DNA of 64,000 nt from Bacillota bacterium. Lineage in GTDB: Bacteria; Bacillota; Desulfotomaculia; Desulfotomaculales; Desulforudaceae. A program made the translations under genes and the position numbers. Numbering within the stretch: position 1 is the stretch's first letter; each line of letters starts with the position of its first letter. The notes below the pieces were generated by a model. It made no database searches. It saw only the letters and a program-made list of their open reading frames with translations, and was not told the origin of the DNA. The DNA lies in the NCBI GenBank assembly GCA_040757205.1, contig JBFLXL010000007.1:44143-108142 (forward strand). Direction: 5' to 3'. Below, in pieces: positions 26,099 to 35,290 of the stretch.

Positions 26099-27202
26099 GT
26101 GTTGCCTTATGGTGGAAGCCCCGCACGTCGCCGCGGTCTTGCGCTCCTTCACGGTGAGCCCGAGTCTCTGGCTACAGCATCTGGCCCTGGGACACCCGAA
26201 CTGCAGTCCCGAACTGCTGCTCAGGACGGGCTCAGGGCCGGATTTTCAGCTCCGGGGCGCCGCCCGGCGACCATCAGCATCGGGGAACGGCGGCAACTCG
26301 TATACCATCCGCCGCAGTGGGCGGTGCTGCTGGCTGAAGTGCCGGGGATCCTCTTCCTGGATGAGCTTACCAATGTTCAGCGGCCCGACGTGCTCGCCGC
26401 AGCCTACAAACTCATCCAGGACCGGGCCGCCGGTTTTGTCGGGTTTGGCTCCGGCGTGCACGTGGTCGCCGCCGACAACCGGCCGGAGGACAGTGTCCTG
26501 GCCAACCCGCTGCCCGCCCCCCTCTTAAACCGCGTGTACCAGATCACGGTCGAACCGCCCCGGATCGAGCAGTGGATGCGCTGGATGAACATCAACCATC
26601 CCGGCGGTCACAAGCACGTGTTCGCCTATCTCCAGCGTTTCCCGCAGGACTTCTGCCGGGCTCCTGCGGAGGGCGAAACGCTGGAGAGCTACCCGACACC
26701 GCGAAGCTACACCAGCCTGGCCCGCGACCTGCCGGCGGCCGTTGAGGCCGGCCTGGACCGCCCGGCGCTGCGGGCTTTGTGCACCGCCGCCCTCGGCCGC
26801 GAAGTCGGGCAGAAGTTCTTTGCCTTCCTGGAGTACAACGTCCCCGCCTACGAAACCTTTGTCCAAGACCCCACCCTCTTTGCCGCCCTTGATGTCGACC
26901 AGCGCTACATCGGCGTAGTGGTCGTGGGCCAGGGGCTGGTCGCCGCGGTCTCGGCCGTGTCCGGCGGCACGGCCGGGAGCGATATCATGGAGGCCCGTGC
27001 GCTGCTCCGGCCCCACGCAACCGGTTGCGTCCCCCTCCTGGACGTGATGGCCGGACAGAGCCGCGAGTACCTGACCCTGCTCTGGTATTTGATTTCCAGC
27101 CACCTGAGTCATCCGTGGAACGATGCTCTTTTCCTGGAGATGTGTGCCCAATCCGAGCCGGTCATGCAGGCCTACGCCGCGATCGGCGAGTTACTGGGAT
27201 AG
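26099..27202 (+). CDS. MoxR-like AAA_5 ATPase homolog lacking a Walker A lysine (possibly decayed)
   Basis: Walker B ILFLDEL, plus VVAADNRPED and PTPRSY motifs. The P-loop position reads GEPESLAT, and no frame encodes GxxGxGK[ST]. The best RBS/ATG (26109) is in another frame. Confidence 0.55.
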   Translation: MLPYGGSPARRRGLALLHGEPESLATASGPGTPELQSRTAAQDGLRAGFSAPGRRPATISIGERRQLVYHPPQWAVLLAEVPGILFLDELTNVQRPDVLAAAYKLIQDRAAGFVGFGSGVHVVAADNRPEDSVLANPLPAPLLNRVYQITVEPPRIEQWMRWMNINHPGGHKHVFAYLQRFPQDFCRAPAEGETLESYPTPRSYTSLARDLPAAVEAGLDRPALRALCTAALGREVGQKFFAFLEYNVPAYETFVQDPTLFAALDVDQRYIGVVVVGQGLVAAVSAVSGGTAGSDIMEARALLRPHATGCVPLLDVMAGQSREYLTLLWYLISSHLSHPWNDALFLEMCAQSEPVMQAYAAIGELLG

Positions 27203-27213
27203 CGGTGGGCCCG

Positions 27214-28079
27214 ATGCTTGATACGCAGGCCATCCGCGTGGAACTGGAGGATTTGAAGGCGCTGCTTTTCCTGAGGACGCCCTACCTGGCCCTCTTGTTG
27301 AGCAAAATGCGCATTTCCGTCAGTGAAGGCGTGCGCACCGTGCTGGCCACGCCCAGCGGGGAGACCATTGTTAATCCGGAGTTTTGGGGCAAACTGCGCA
27401 ACCGTGAGACCAAGACCTTTGTCCTGGTGCACGAGGCCCTGCACCTCGCTTTCCGCCATCCGTGGACGGCTCAGGGGCGTGACCGGGCGCTGTTCAACGT
27501 GGCGGCGGACCGGACATGGTGGTCAACGAAATGCTCTTCCGGCACGGCTATCACGAGGCCGCCGACAACCCGGTGACCGCTCCCGTGGTCCGGGAAATGC
27601 TGTGGGCCCGGAACGTGCCCATCAGCGTCGAGGAACTGCGCCGCGCCTCCAGCGATGAGGTTTACTGCCTCCTGGTGGACTGTTCCGGTTCAATCACCCA
27701 AAGGGCGCTGGCCCAGTTCGTGGCAGAGGTCTGGGCCCTTTCCCGGCTCTTCCGGTGCGAATTGCGGGTGTTGCCCTGGGATGCCGCAGTCTATCCGGAA
27801 ATCAAGATGCATACTCCGGGGCAGGTGCAAGCGCGGGTTCACTCGGGGCTTCGGGGCGGGGGCGGCACCGTGCTGGCCCCGGCCCTGGGCCATCTGCAGC
27901 GGCGGATGCGGACCCAGGACGTGGTGGTGATTATCTCGGACGGCCATATCGGCGACCTTAAAAACGCCGAAACCCAAAAGCTCTACCAGACGGTGTCCAG
28001 AAAGGCCGCCGGCCTGATCTTTTTGACCAGCGACCGCCGGCCGCATCTCCCGCACACCCGGATCATCCACTTCCACTAA
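27214..28079 (+). pseudogene. Putative metallopeptidase (HExxH) + VWA-like protein (DUF2201-type), frameshifted near 27505-27516
   Basis: Frame 1 reads LVHEALHLAFRH...NVAADR and stops at 27576. The next frame continues MVVNEMLF... through VDCSGS (MIDAS-like) to 28079. Confidence 0.65.
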
Positions 28080-28088
28080 CCGGAACGG

Positions 28089-28856
28089 TCATTGCCTGGT
28101 TCGGCAGGCGGAGTAGTTGCTGAGGGTGACCCCCTCGGACGCCAGCCAATCGCGGGTTTCCGGGGCGCACAGAACAGCCAGTTCTTTCTGCCGTTCACCG
28201 ACGTAGGAGCTCCTGGTCTGCAAGGCGGCGTCTGCAAAACCGGGATGGGTCATGAGTTCCACCAGCCGGTGACCGTTTTCCCGGGCCTGCAGAATCATTT
28301 GGCATAGGTTTTCACGGGAGGCCGCCCGGCCGATCCACTCACCGCAAAAATGGTCGGGGGTGGCCACGCCCCGCTCCCGGATCCGGTCACGCATGACCGG
28401 GTCCAGGTGGCGCACCGGGAGGCCGTAGCGGCCGGCGACGGTGATCAGAGCCTCCAGCACCACCGGGTGGCGCTGAATATGGTGGTGGGTGTCCAGGTGG
28501 GTGACCGTCACCCCTCCGGACAGTACCTTTTCGATTTGCGCTTCAAACTCCCTTTCAATCTCCAGAGGGTTGATCTCCAGTTCAGCATACCGGCTCGGGC
28601 GGTGGAAAAACCCGTGCTCGTCAACCAGTGAGAGAATCCGGCCCGGAGGCAGAAGCGGCCGTCCCGCCGAGATGCACAGGTGCACTCCGGTCCGGGGGAT
28701 CAGGCCGCTCCGCAGGTACTGGATCGCGGCCGCGGTGCCGTCCTGGTTGACCATCAGGCTGGTACTGCTCACGATCCCGCGCCGCATGCAAAGCAGTATC
28801 GCCTGGTTCACACCGGCGGTGACCCCCAGATCGTCAGCGTTGATAATCAGGTTCAT
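28089..28856 (-). CDS. YdjC/ChbG family carbohydrate deacetylase
   Basis: NADDLG N-terminus and the conserved HLDTHHH motif. Confidence 0.85.
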   Translation of the reverse strand: MNLIINADDLGVTAGVNQAILLCMRRGIVSSTSLMVNQDGTAAAIQYLRSGLIPRTGVHLCISAGRPLLPPGRILSLVDEHGFFHRPSRYAELEINPLEIEREFEAQIEKVLSGGVTVTHLDTHHHIQRHPVVLEALITVAGRYGLPVRHLDPVMRDRIRERGVATPDHFCGEWIGRAASRENLCQMILQARENGHRLVELMTHPGFADAALQTRSSYVGERQKELAVLCAPETRDWLASEGVTLSNYSACRTRQ

Positions 28857-28919
28857 GGCCTCACGCTCCCTAACCCGGTCTAGCCTGATTATATCATCAA
28901 CCGCAAAAGTCTACCCGCA

Positions 28920-28960
28920 CCAGGGCGGCACCCGGGGAGAAACCCCGGGTGCCGCCCTGG
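28920..28960. repeat. Perfect 18-bp GC-rich hairpin
   Basis: CCAGGGCGGCACCCGGGG-agaaa-CCCCGGGTGCCGCCCTGG. No T-tract on either side. Confidence 0.85.
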
Positions 28961-29095
28961 AACCCTGATCAAGTTTGAAGCTTTGTCCTTCCATCTTTCG
29001 ACGGGCGCATCCCATACTTGGTTGCCGACATCAGATCAAAGGCCCCCTGCTGACCTCCGTGAACAAGTACCTGCTTTAGCAAACTGACCGGCCGG

Positions 29096-29124
29096 TTGAC
29101 GAGTCCCGGATTAACGGATAGAAT
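29096..29124 (+). promoter_or_regulatory. Sigma-A type promoter upstream of the Na/Pi transporter
   Basis: TTGACG, 17 nt spacer, TAGAAT; leaves a ~160-nt leader. Confidence 0.55.
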
Positions 29125-29285
29125 GCTTAGAACAGCCGACTTGTGTCGAATCGGCGATTGCCGGTCAGCCACCTTCAGTTGACTGGGTCTTGAGGGGGCA
29201 TCCCCGCTTTCATTAGCTTCTCGGTTCTTCTCGGGGTTTCCTGCTTGTGCTATTCTTCACATCAGGGAAGGGAGGGTGTTCCTCA

Positions 29286-30962
29286 GTGTGGGTCACGGTG
29301 ATTTTCGGCCTGTTGGGCGGCATGGGGCTTTTGCTTTACGGCATGTTCGTGCTGCGTGAGGGCCTGCAGAAGATCGCCGGCCACAGACTGCGCAATATCC
29401 TGAGCTCCCTGACCCAAAACCGTTTCGTCGGCCTCTCCGTCGGGGCGGCCGTGACCATCCTCTTTCAGAGCAGCACCGCCACCACCGTTCTCCTGGTGGG
29501 TCTGGCCAGCGCCGGGGTGATGTCGCTCAAACAGACTCTCCCGGTAATCCTGGGCGCCGATATCGGTACGACGGTGACCGCCCAGCTGATCGCCCTCAAG
29601 GTGACCGAGATCTCCCTCCCGATAGTAGGCATTGGGGCCACCATTATCTTCTTCACCAAGCGTGACCGTTACCGCAGAATCGGTCAGGTGTTCCTGGGCT
29701 TCGGCCTTCTTTTCCTCGGCTTGAAGATCATGGGCGACGCGATGTACCCCCTGCGCGACGAGCCCGTCTTCGTCAGCCTGCTGGCCACCATGAGCGCGTA
29801 CCCTCTCCTGGCCGTCCTCGCCGCCGCGCTCTTCACTTTCCTGATCCACAGCAGTGCCGCCGCAGTCGGGATCATCATGCTGATGGCCATGCAGGATTTG
29901 GTCACCCTGAACGCCGCCGTCTATCTCCTGTTCGGGGCCAACGTCGGCACCTCTTTCACCGCGGTGCTGTCAAGCCTCGGATCGTCAAGGGAAGCCCAGC
30001 GGGTGGCCATCGCCCACCTCCTGTTCAAAGTGGTGGGTGTACTCCTGTTTCTGCCATTCGTGAACCAGTTCGCCCACCTGATGGTGCTCATCACGGGTTC
30101 CATCGCCGGTCAAGTGGCCAACGTGCACACCTTCTTCAACCTGACGATCGCGTTCCTGTTCCTGCCCTTCACCGGGCAGTTCGCCGCCTTCTTGAACCGG
30201 ATCCGCTCGGACGAGGAGACCTGCCCCCTGGACATGCGGCCCAAGTACCTGGACGAGGAACTCATCACCTCCAGCCCGTCCTTGGCCCTGGGGCTGGCCA
30301 CCCGGGAAATCGTCCGGGTGTTCGACCTGGTGCACAACATGACCGTGAACGCCAACCAGGTGTTCGAGAAGAACGACCGGGACCTCCTGGAAACCATCCT
30401 TTACGCCGAGGAGAAGGTCGACAACCTATCCCGGGCGACCAAGAGCTACCTGGCCAACGTGTTGCGCCAGCCCCTTTCCCGGCAGGAGTTCAGCCGGGCT
30501 ATGGGCTTGATCCACATCATCACCGACCTTGAACACATCGGCGACATCATCGAGAAAAGCATCGCCCACCTGGCCGAGTGTAAGATACACGGGGGCTGTG
30601 ACTTTTCGGAGTCGGGTTGGGAAGAACTGACGATCATGCACCAGCGGGTATGCAACCTGATGGAGAAAACCGCGACCGCGCTGGTCACCGGCAATGCCCA
30701 CCTGGCCCGGCTGGCGGTGCAGCTGCAGCCGAAGATCGTATCCATGGAGCGGAGCCTGCGGCAGTTTCACATCCACCGTCTCCGCATCGGGGTGCAAAAA
30801 TCCGAGGCCACCAGTTCCATACATCTGGACCTGATCAACGCCTACCTGCGCATCAGTGAGCACGTACGGAATATCGCGCTGGCCATCGCGGAGGAAGTAC
30901 TGGGGGAAACGGCGGCGGAGGAGGGCTTGGCGGCCGCATCCGAGCAGGTCATGGATTCCTAG
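29286..30962 (+). CDS. Na/Pi cotransporter family protein with PhoU-like C-terminal domain
   Basis: Duplicated Na_Pi_cotrans motifs (QSSTATT / HSSAAAV). GTG at 29286 follows GGGAAGGGAGGGTG; the track start at 29247 would translate that RBS. Confidence 0.85.
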   Translation: MWVTVIFGLLGGMGLLLYGMFVLREGLQKIAGHRLRNILSSLTQNRFVGLSVGAAVTILFQSSTATTVLLVGLASAGVMSLKQTLPVILGADIGTTVTAQLIALKVTEISLPIVGIGATIIFFTKRDRYRRIGQVFLGFGLLFLGLKIMGDAMYPLRDEPVFVSLLATMSAYPLLAVLAAALFTFLIHSSAAAVGIIMLMAMQDLVTLNAAVYLLFGANVGTSFTAVLSSLGSSREAQRVAIAHLLFKVVGVLLFLPFVNQFAHLMVLITGSIAGQVANVHTFFNLTIAFLFLPFTGQFAAFLNRIRSDEETCPLDMRPKYLDEELITSSPSLALGLATREIVRVFDLVHNMTVNANQVFEKNDRDLLETILYAEEKVDNLSRATKSYLANVLRQPLSRQEFSRAMGLIHIITDLEHIGDIIEKSIAHLAECKIHGGCDFSESGWEELTIMHQRVCNLMEKTATALVTGNAHLARLAVQLQPKIVSMERSLRQFHIHRLRIGVQKSEATSSIHLDLINAYLRISEHVRNIALAIAEEVLGETAAEEGLAAASEQVMDS

Positions 30963-32032
30963 ATCAGGCCGATCCGGCGCATGCTCCGGCACACGCGGTG
31001 CATCAACCGGGCGTCCGTCCCGGCGCTCGTGAACAGCATTTCCGAAACAGGCTCCAGCCCCTGGCGCCGCACCTTCGGGTCCGAGAGGTACAGCGCCAAA
31101 AGGCCTTTCACCACCGTACGGTGGAAAACGGGCGGTTTAAGCTTTGACACCCGCTCCATGCTCTCGGCCAGAAAGTGATGCAGGCGTCGGCCGCACAGTT
31201 CGGGATCGCGGTAGTAAGCGCAAAAGTTCAGCTCCCCGCCCTGCCGGTCCTCCTCCTGGTCGATAAAGTAGTCCAGCAGGATATGCAGGCCCGAGACATA
31301 TGGAAAGTAGGCCTGCACCAGCGCGTCCACCTCCCGCCGCTCCAGTTCCGGCCGCGTCGCGGACGCCAGCAGGCCGAAAATGCCCAGCGTGGAGCCCGTG
31401 GCGGCCGCGAATTCCCACCAGTCGATGCCCGAATAGCGGGCGCGGTGCCGGTTGAACCAGGAAATCAGCAGGGGCTCCCGCGCCCAGGGTTCGGTGTGCT
31501 TGTATACCTGCAGGTCACAGTACAATCCGGCCAGCCTCAGCACGTCTTCCCGGACCAACCGGTAGGCGGGCAGGTTGGCCGTCACCCCGCGGCAGACATC
31601 CACCAGGGAACGCAGGTAACCGCCGTCACCGCCGAAGGGATAGCGTTCGTAGAAGTCGGGGATGCTGCGCTGGTCGTCGACGGCACATAGGAAGGCTTCG
31701 TGGAGCATACGGAAGGCGTGCCGGTCCTGACAGCCGGCCCGGTCGCAGAGGTTGTCCAGATAGTCGCTGATGGTTTGCAGGGCGACAATCAGCCGGACCA
31801 GGTCCCGCCGGTATCCGCCGGCCGCAAGGGCAAACACGCTGCCCCCCTGCGCGTGAAAACGCTTCAGGCGGATGCTGCAGGCGGCCTGCCGGGCCAGTTC
31901 CGTTTGCGGGCACCCTCCGATCCTGGCCTGCCACTGCGCCAGTTCACGGTCCACGTCGGGAAGCACCATCGTCACGAAACGGCTGATGATGGCCATTTGT
32001 GCCGAGAATCTCCTGGCTGGCGACACACCCAC
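30959..32032 (-). CDS. ytpB: Tetraprenyl-beta-curcumene synthase (YtpB/DUF2600 family)
   Basis: LQTISDYLDNLCDR, YCDLQVYKH and GLHILLDYFIDQEED blocks match my recollection of B. subtilis YtpB. Confidence 0.75.
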   Translation of the reverse strand: MGVSPARRFSAQMAIISRFVTMVLPDVDRELAQWQARIGGCPQTELARQAACSIRLKRFHAQGGSVFALAAGGYRRDLVRLIVALQTISDYLDNLCDRAGCQDRHAFRMLHEAFLCAVDDQRSIPDFYERYPFGGDGGYLRSLVDVCRGVTANLPAYRLVREDVLRLAGLYCDLQVYKHTEPWAREPLLISWFNRHRARYSGIDWWEFAAATGSTLGIFGLLASATRPELERREVDALVQAYFPYVSGLHILLDYFIDQEEDRQGGELNFCAYYRDPELCGRRLHHFLAESMERVSKLKPPVFHRTVVKGLLALYLSDPKVRRQGLEPVSEMLFTSAGTDARLMHRVCRSMRRIGLI

Positions 32033-32166
32033 TCCTCCCCGGCCGAAGCTTCATCACCCTAGTTTTCCGAGCCCAATCCGGGAATATGCCCGTCTAAAAC
32101 CTACAATTCAATTCGTGCCCAACGGACACCTGCCGGGACTGATCAAGGACTCTAAACCCGAAGGGT

Positions 32167-32565
32167 TTACTCTGCGCGGGAGCCAGCGAAAACTCCCGGA
32201 TACTGCTCCGCCATCTCCAGGAAATACTTGACCCGCCGCAGGTTTTCCGCGTTGATGAAGTGCTCGATCCCTTCCACCATCTTTTCACTGGCGTCCTGCA
32301 AACCAATTACCTCCAAGAGCCTGGTCAACAGGAGATGCCTTTCCAGGAGAAAACGCCCCACTAAAAGCCCCTCGTCCGTAAGCACCACACCCCGGTATTT
32401 CTCGTATACCACCAGGTTTTTCCGGGCCAGCTTGCCCAGCATCCGGGACACCGAAGGCGGCTTCACCCCCAGGCAGCCGGCGATATCCGTCACGCAGGCG
32501 TACCCGCGGCGGGTCTGCAGCCGGTAGATGGTTTCCACGTAGTCCTCCATCGTATAGGTCAGCAA
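32167..32565 (-). CDS. DtxR/MntR family metal-dependent transcriptional regulator
   Basis: MEDYVETIY...TDIAG.LGVKPPSVSRML HTH. Immediately downstream of feoB. Confidence 0.85.
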   Translation of the reverse strand: MLTYTMEDYVETIYRLQTRRGYACVTDIAGCLGVKPPSVSRMLGKLARKNLVVYEKYRGVVLTDEGLLVGRFLLERHLLLTRLLEVIGLQDASEKMVEGIEHFINAENLRRVKYFLEMAEQYPGVFAGSRAE

Positions 32566-32654
32566 AGCCGTCCACCCCTAAAATAGAAGTCAGAAGCCGG
32601 AACAAACCAACCGAAAAACCGCAGGGCCGGCAGCAGTCCGGCCCGGAACAGCGC

Positions 32655-34733
32655 CTAGCCAAGGCCCAGGAAAATCCCCACGCGGTGGGCGGTAAAGGTG
32701 AGCAGTATCCCCCAGGACAGCGGCAGCAGCATCGCCCAGGCGGTCCACCGGACGCTTTTGGTCTCCCGGTAAATCGTCACCCCCGTATAGACACAGGGTA
32801 TGCAAAGCATGTAGAACAGCAGGAAATTGAAAGCCGTCAGGGTGGTCCAGTTGGCGGCCAACACCCCTTCCAGCAGGGCCGACCCCGACAGATTGGCGGC
32901 CAACCCGTTCATGATGGCCAGCGTTCCGATCACAATTTCCTTGGCCGGGACCGCGAACAGGATGGCGGTCAAGATGCCTCCGTCCAGGCCCAGGAAGCGG
33001 CCGGCCGGTTCCAAGACGGCGCCCAAGCGCCCGGCCAGGGTGTGCTCAAAGCCTGCTCCGGCCGGGTAATTGCCCATGAACCAGATCAGGACCGTAACCG
33101 GCGCGGCTATGGAAGCAGCCCGCACCAGCACGTGAAGCACCCGTTCACGAACGGTGCGCATTATGACCCGGCCGAACTGCGGCTTCCGGTACGGCGGAAG
33201 CTCCATCGCGAAGGTCGGGGAAGGTCCTTTTAATACGCTGCGGCTCAGCAAAAACGTACTCGCCATTACCGTGCCCATGCTGATCACGAACAGGGCGCTC
33301 ACCACCAGGATGCCGGGGGCCCCGAAAAACAGCAAAGCCAGGGGCAGCATGATTCCAATGCGCCCGTTGCAGGGGATCAGGCTGTTGGTGATTACGGCTA
33401 TCAAGCGGTGATTCCCCTCCAGGATGCGGCTGGACATCACCCCCGGGATGTTGCAGCCGTAGCCCATCATGCAGGTCAGGCAGTGTTTGCCTTGTGAACC
33501 CACGGCCTGCATCGGCCGGTCCATGTTGAACGCAATGCGGGGGATGAACCCGCTGTCCTCGAGCAGGGCGAACAAAACGAAAAATATGGCCATCGTGGGC
33601 AGCATCACCGACACCACCGCGCCAACGCCGACAATCACCCCCTCCACGAGCGGCCCGGCGATCCAATAAGGAGCGTTCACCGTGATCATAAACACGGCTG
33701 CCGCACCGGCCAACCACACGAAGAACGCTTCCAGCACCGCACCCATCGGTTCGGCCCCAAACATGGTGATACTGAGGATCACGCCCAGAGCCGCCAGCAT
33801 CACCGGGAAGGAGAACCACCGGTGGGTCACGATTTCGTCAACGCGCTGCGTCAAATCCGGTCGTTCGCGTCCGTCCCTCCGGATGACCTCCAGGGTGGCC
33901 CGGTGGACAAACTCATACCGTTCCCGGGCCAGGTCGGTGCTCAGGTCCCCCTGATACGCAGCCCTGATCAAGTCCGTTTCGCGCCGCAATTCTTCCCGCC
34001 GCACCGGATCCAGCCCGTCAAGCGCATCGGTGTTCCCCTTCAGCAATTGTCCGGCCAGCCAGCGCCGCGGCGGACCATCCCCGGCCTCATCGGGCAAGCC
34101 GCAGGCGGCGAGCGCCCTCTCGGTCCGCTGGAACGCTTCTTCAACCGCCGGTCCGTAGAAATCCCGTTTGGGCGGTAAGTGGTCACCACGGGCCAGATCG
34201 ACCACCCGGAGCAGCAGTTCATCCAAGCCCCTGCGCCGCGCCGCGGCGATGGCCACGACCGGCACTCCCAGAAGCCGGGAAAGCCCGGCGGTGTCGATTT
34301 TCAGCCCGCCTTGTTCGGCGGCGTCGATCATGTTGACGGCCACCAGCACCCGGTCGTGAATCTCCAGGCACTGCAGCACGAAGTACAGCGTCCGTTCCAG
34401 GTTGGTAGCGTCCACCACGGCGATCACCGCGTCGGCTTCACCGCTCAACAGGCACTCCCGGGCGATGACTTCATCCGGCGAGGTCGACAGGAGGCTGTAG
34501 GTGCCCGGCAAATCGACCAGCCGGACACACTCGTTCCGGTGTCTCCGGTAACCCTCGGCCCGGGCCACCGTTTTGCCGGGCCAATTGCCCACGTACTGCC
34601 GCAAGCCGGTTAGTTCGTTGAACAGCGTGCTTTTGCCGATATTGGGGTTTCCGGCCAGGGCGATGGTCAGCGAACAGTGCCGCCGTCCGGCGGCGGGCGC
34701 TCCGTCCCTGACCTGAGAATCGCGCACGCTCAC
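32655..34733 (-). CDS. feoB: Ferrous iron transporter FeoB
   Basis: GNPNIGKST G-domain plus polytopic membrane domain. GTG at 34733 overlaps the feoA stop (GTGA). The longer track ORF overlaps feoA. Confidence 0.9.
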   Translation of the reverse strand: MSVRDSQVRDGAPAAGRRHCSLTIALAGNPNIGKSTLFNELTGLRQYVGNWPGKTVARAEGYRRHRNECVRLVDLPGTYSLLSTSPDEVIARECLLSGEADAVIAVVDATNLERTLYFVLQCLEIHDRVLVAVNMIDAAEQGGLKIDTAGLSRLLGVPVVAIAAARRRGLDELLLRVVDLARGDHLPPKRDFYGPAVEEAFQRTERALAACGLPDEAGDGPPRRWLAGQLLKGNTDALDGLDPVRREELRRETDLIRAAYQGDLSTDLARERYEFVHRATLEVIRRDGRERPDLTQRVDEIVTHRWFSFPVMLAALGVILSITMFGAEPMGAVLEAFFVWLAGAAAVFMITVNAPYWIAGPLVEGVIVGVGAVVSVMLPTMAIFFVLFALLEDSGFIPRIAFNMDRPMQAVGSQGKHCLTCMMGYGCNIPGVMSSRILEGNHRLIAVITNSLIPCNGRIGIMLPLALLFFGAPGILVVSALFVISMGTVMASTFLLSRSVLKGPSPTFAMELPPYRKPQFGRVIMRTVRERVLHVLVRAASIAAPVTVLIWFMGNYPAGAGFEHTLAGRLGAVLEPAGRFLGLDGGILTAILFAVPAKEIVIGTLAIMNGLAANLSGSALLEGVLAANWTTLTAFNFLLFYMLCIPCVYTGVTIYRETKSVRWTAWAMLLPLSWGILLTFTAHRVGIFLGLG

Positions 34734-34972
34734 TGCACCTCTTCCACCAGGATCTGGTCGGCTTCCGAACTCCTCAGGGCGATGCAAAAACCCCGTACCC
34801 TGCACGCCACCGGACCGGACATGGGTGCCCGCCGCAGGACTTCGACCGGGGTGTCCGGAACCAGTCCCAGATCCAGCAGCCGTTGACACCAGGGCCCACC
34901 CAAAACCTGTTTGATTATCCCTTTCCGTCTGACACCCAACCGGCTGAGCGTGATCCGCCGTGCATCACTCAC
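34730..34972 (-). CDS. feoA: FeoA family protein
   Basis: 80 aa SH3-like FeoA pattern, upstream of and overlapping feoB. Confidence 0.85.
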   Translation of the reverse strand: MSDARRITLSRLGVRRKGIIKQVLGGPWCQRLLDLGLVPDTPVEVLRRAPMSGPVACRVRGFCIALRSSEADQILVEEVQ

Positions 34973-35185
34973 TTTTTGACTGCCGCCTCCTCCGATTTGC
35001 CGCTTAGCCCAAGGTAAACATCTTATCCCGAACCAAACGCCTCCTAATAGCTATGTTATGGTTTTGAGCCCAAAAGGTAGCTTGTCAGCGCCGGGACGGC
35101 GTGAATGATGCTTTAGTACGTGGATGACGAGGGTTTGAAGCGGACCGGGGGAGAGTGCGCGTTTTCCGCTCCCTCTCCCCCAGTG

Positions 35186-35290
35186 CCTACTCCCAGAGTT
35201 TCTCGATTCCGCCGCCGACCGTTGCTGAAAATAGTGCAGGCTGACGCTTCCCCCGGCGCCTATTCCCAGAGTTTCTCGATCCTGATGCCG
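35186..35290. repeat. Direct repeat duplicating the spoIID 3' end (period 73 nt)
   Basis: 35259-35290 (the last 9 codons + stop) is repeated at 35186-35217 with 5 mismatches. The downstream copy still reads GIEKLWE-stop on the minus strand. Confidence 0.85.

Noticed and set aside
28969-29172. 67-aa minus-strand ORF in the ydjC / Na-Pi intergenic region
   Set aside because: It has no RBS, overlaps the predicted plus-strand promoter, and has no recognisable features.
34734-34889. N-terminal extension of feoB
   Set aside because: It overlaps feoA in another frame and is low-complexity. The GTGA-coupled start at 34733 is more plausible.
35186-35290. Diversity-generating retroelement (VR/TR) explanation for the duplicated gene termini
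   Set aside because: The repeats are only 32-44 nt. The mismatches are not adenine-specific, and no reverse transcriptase is nearby.
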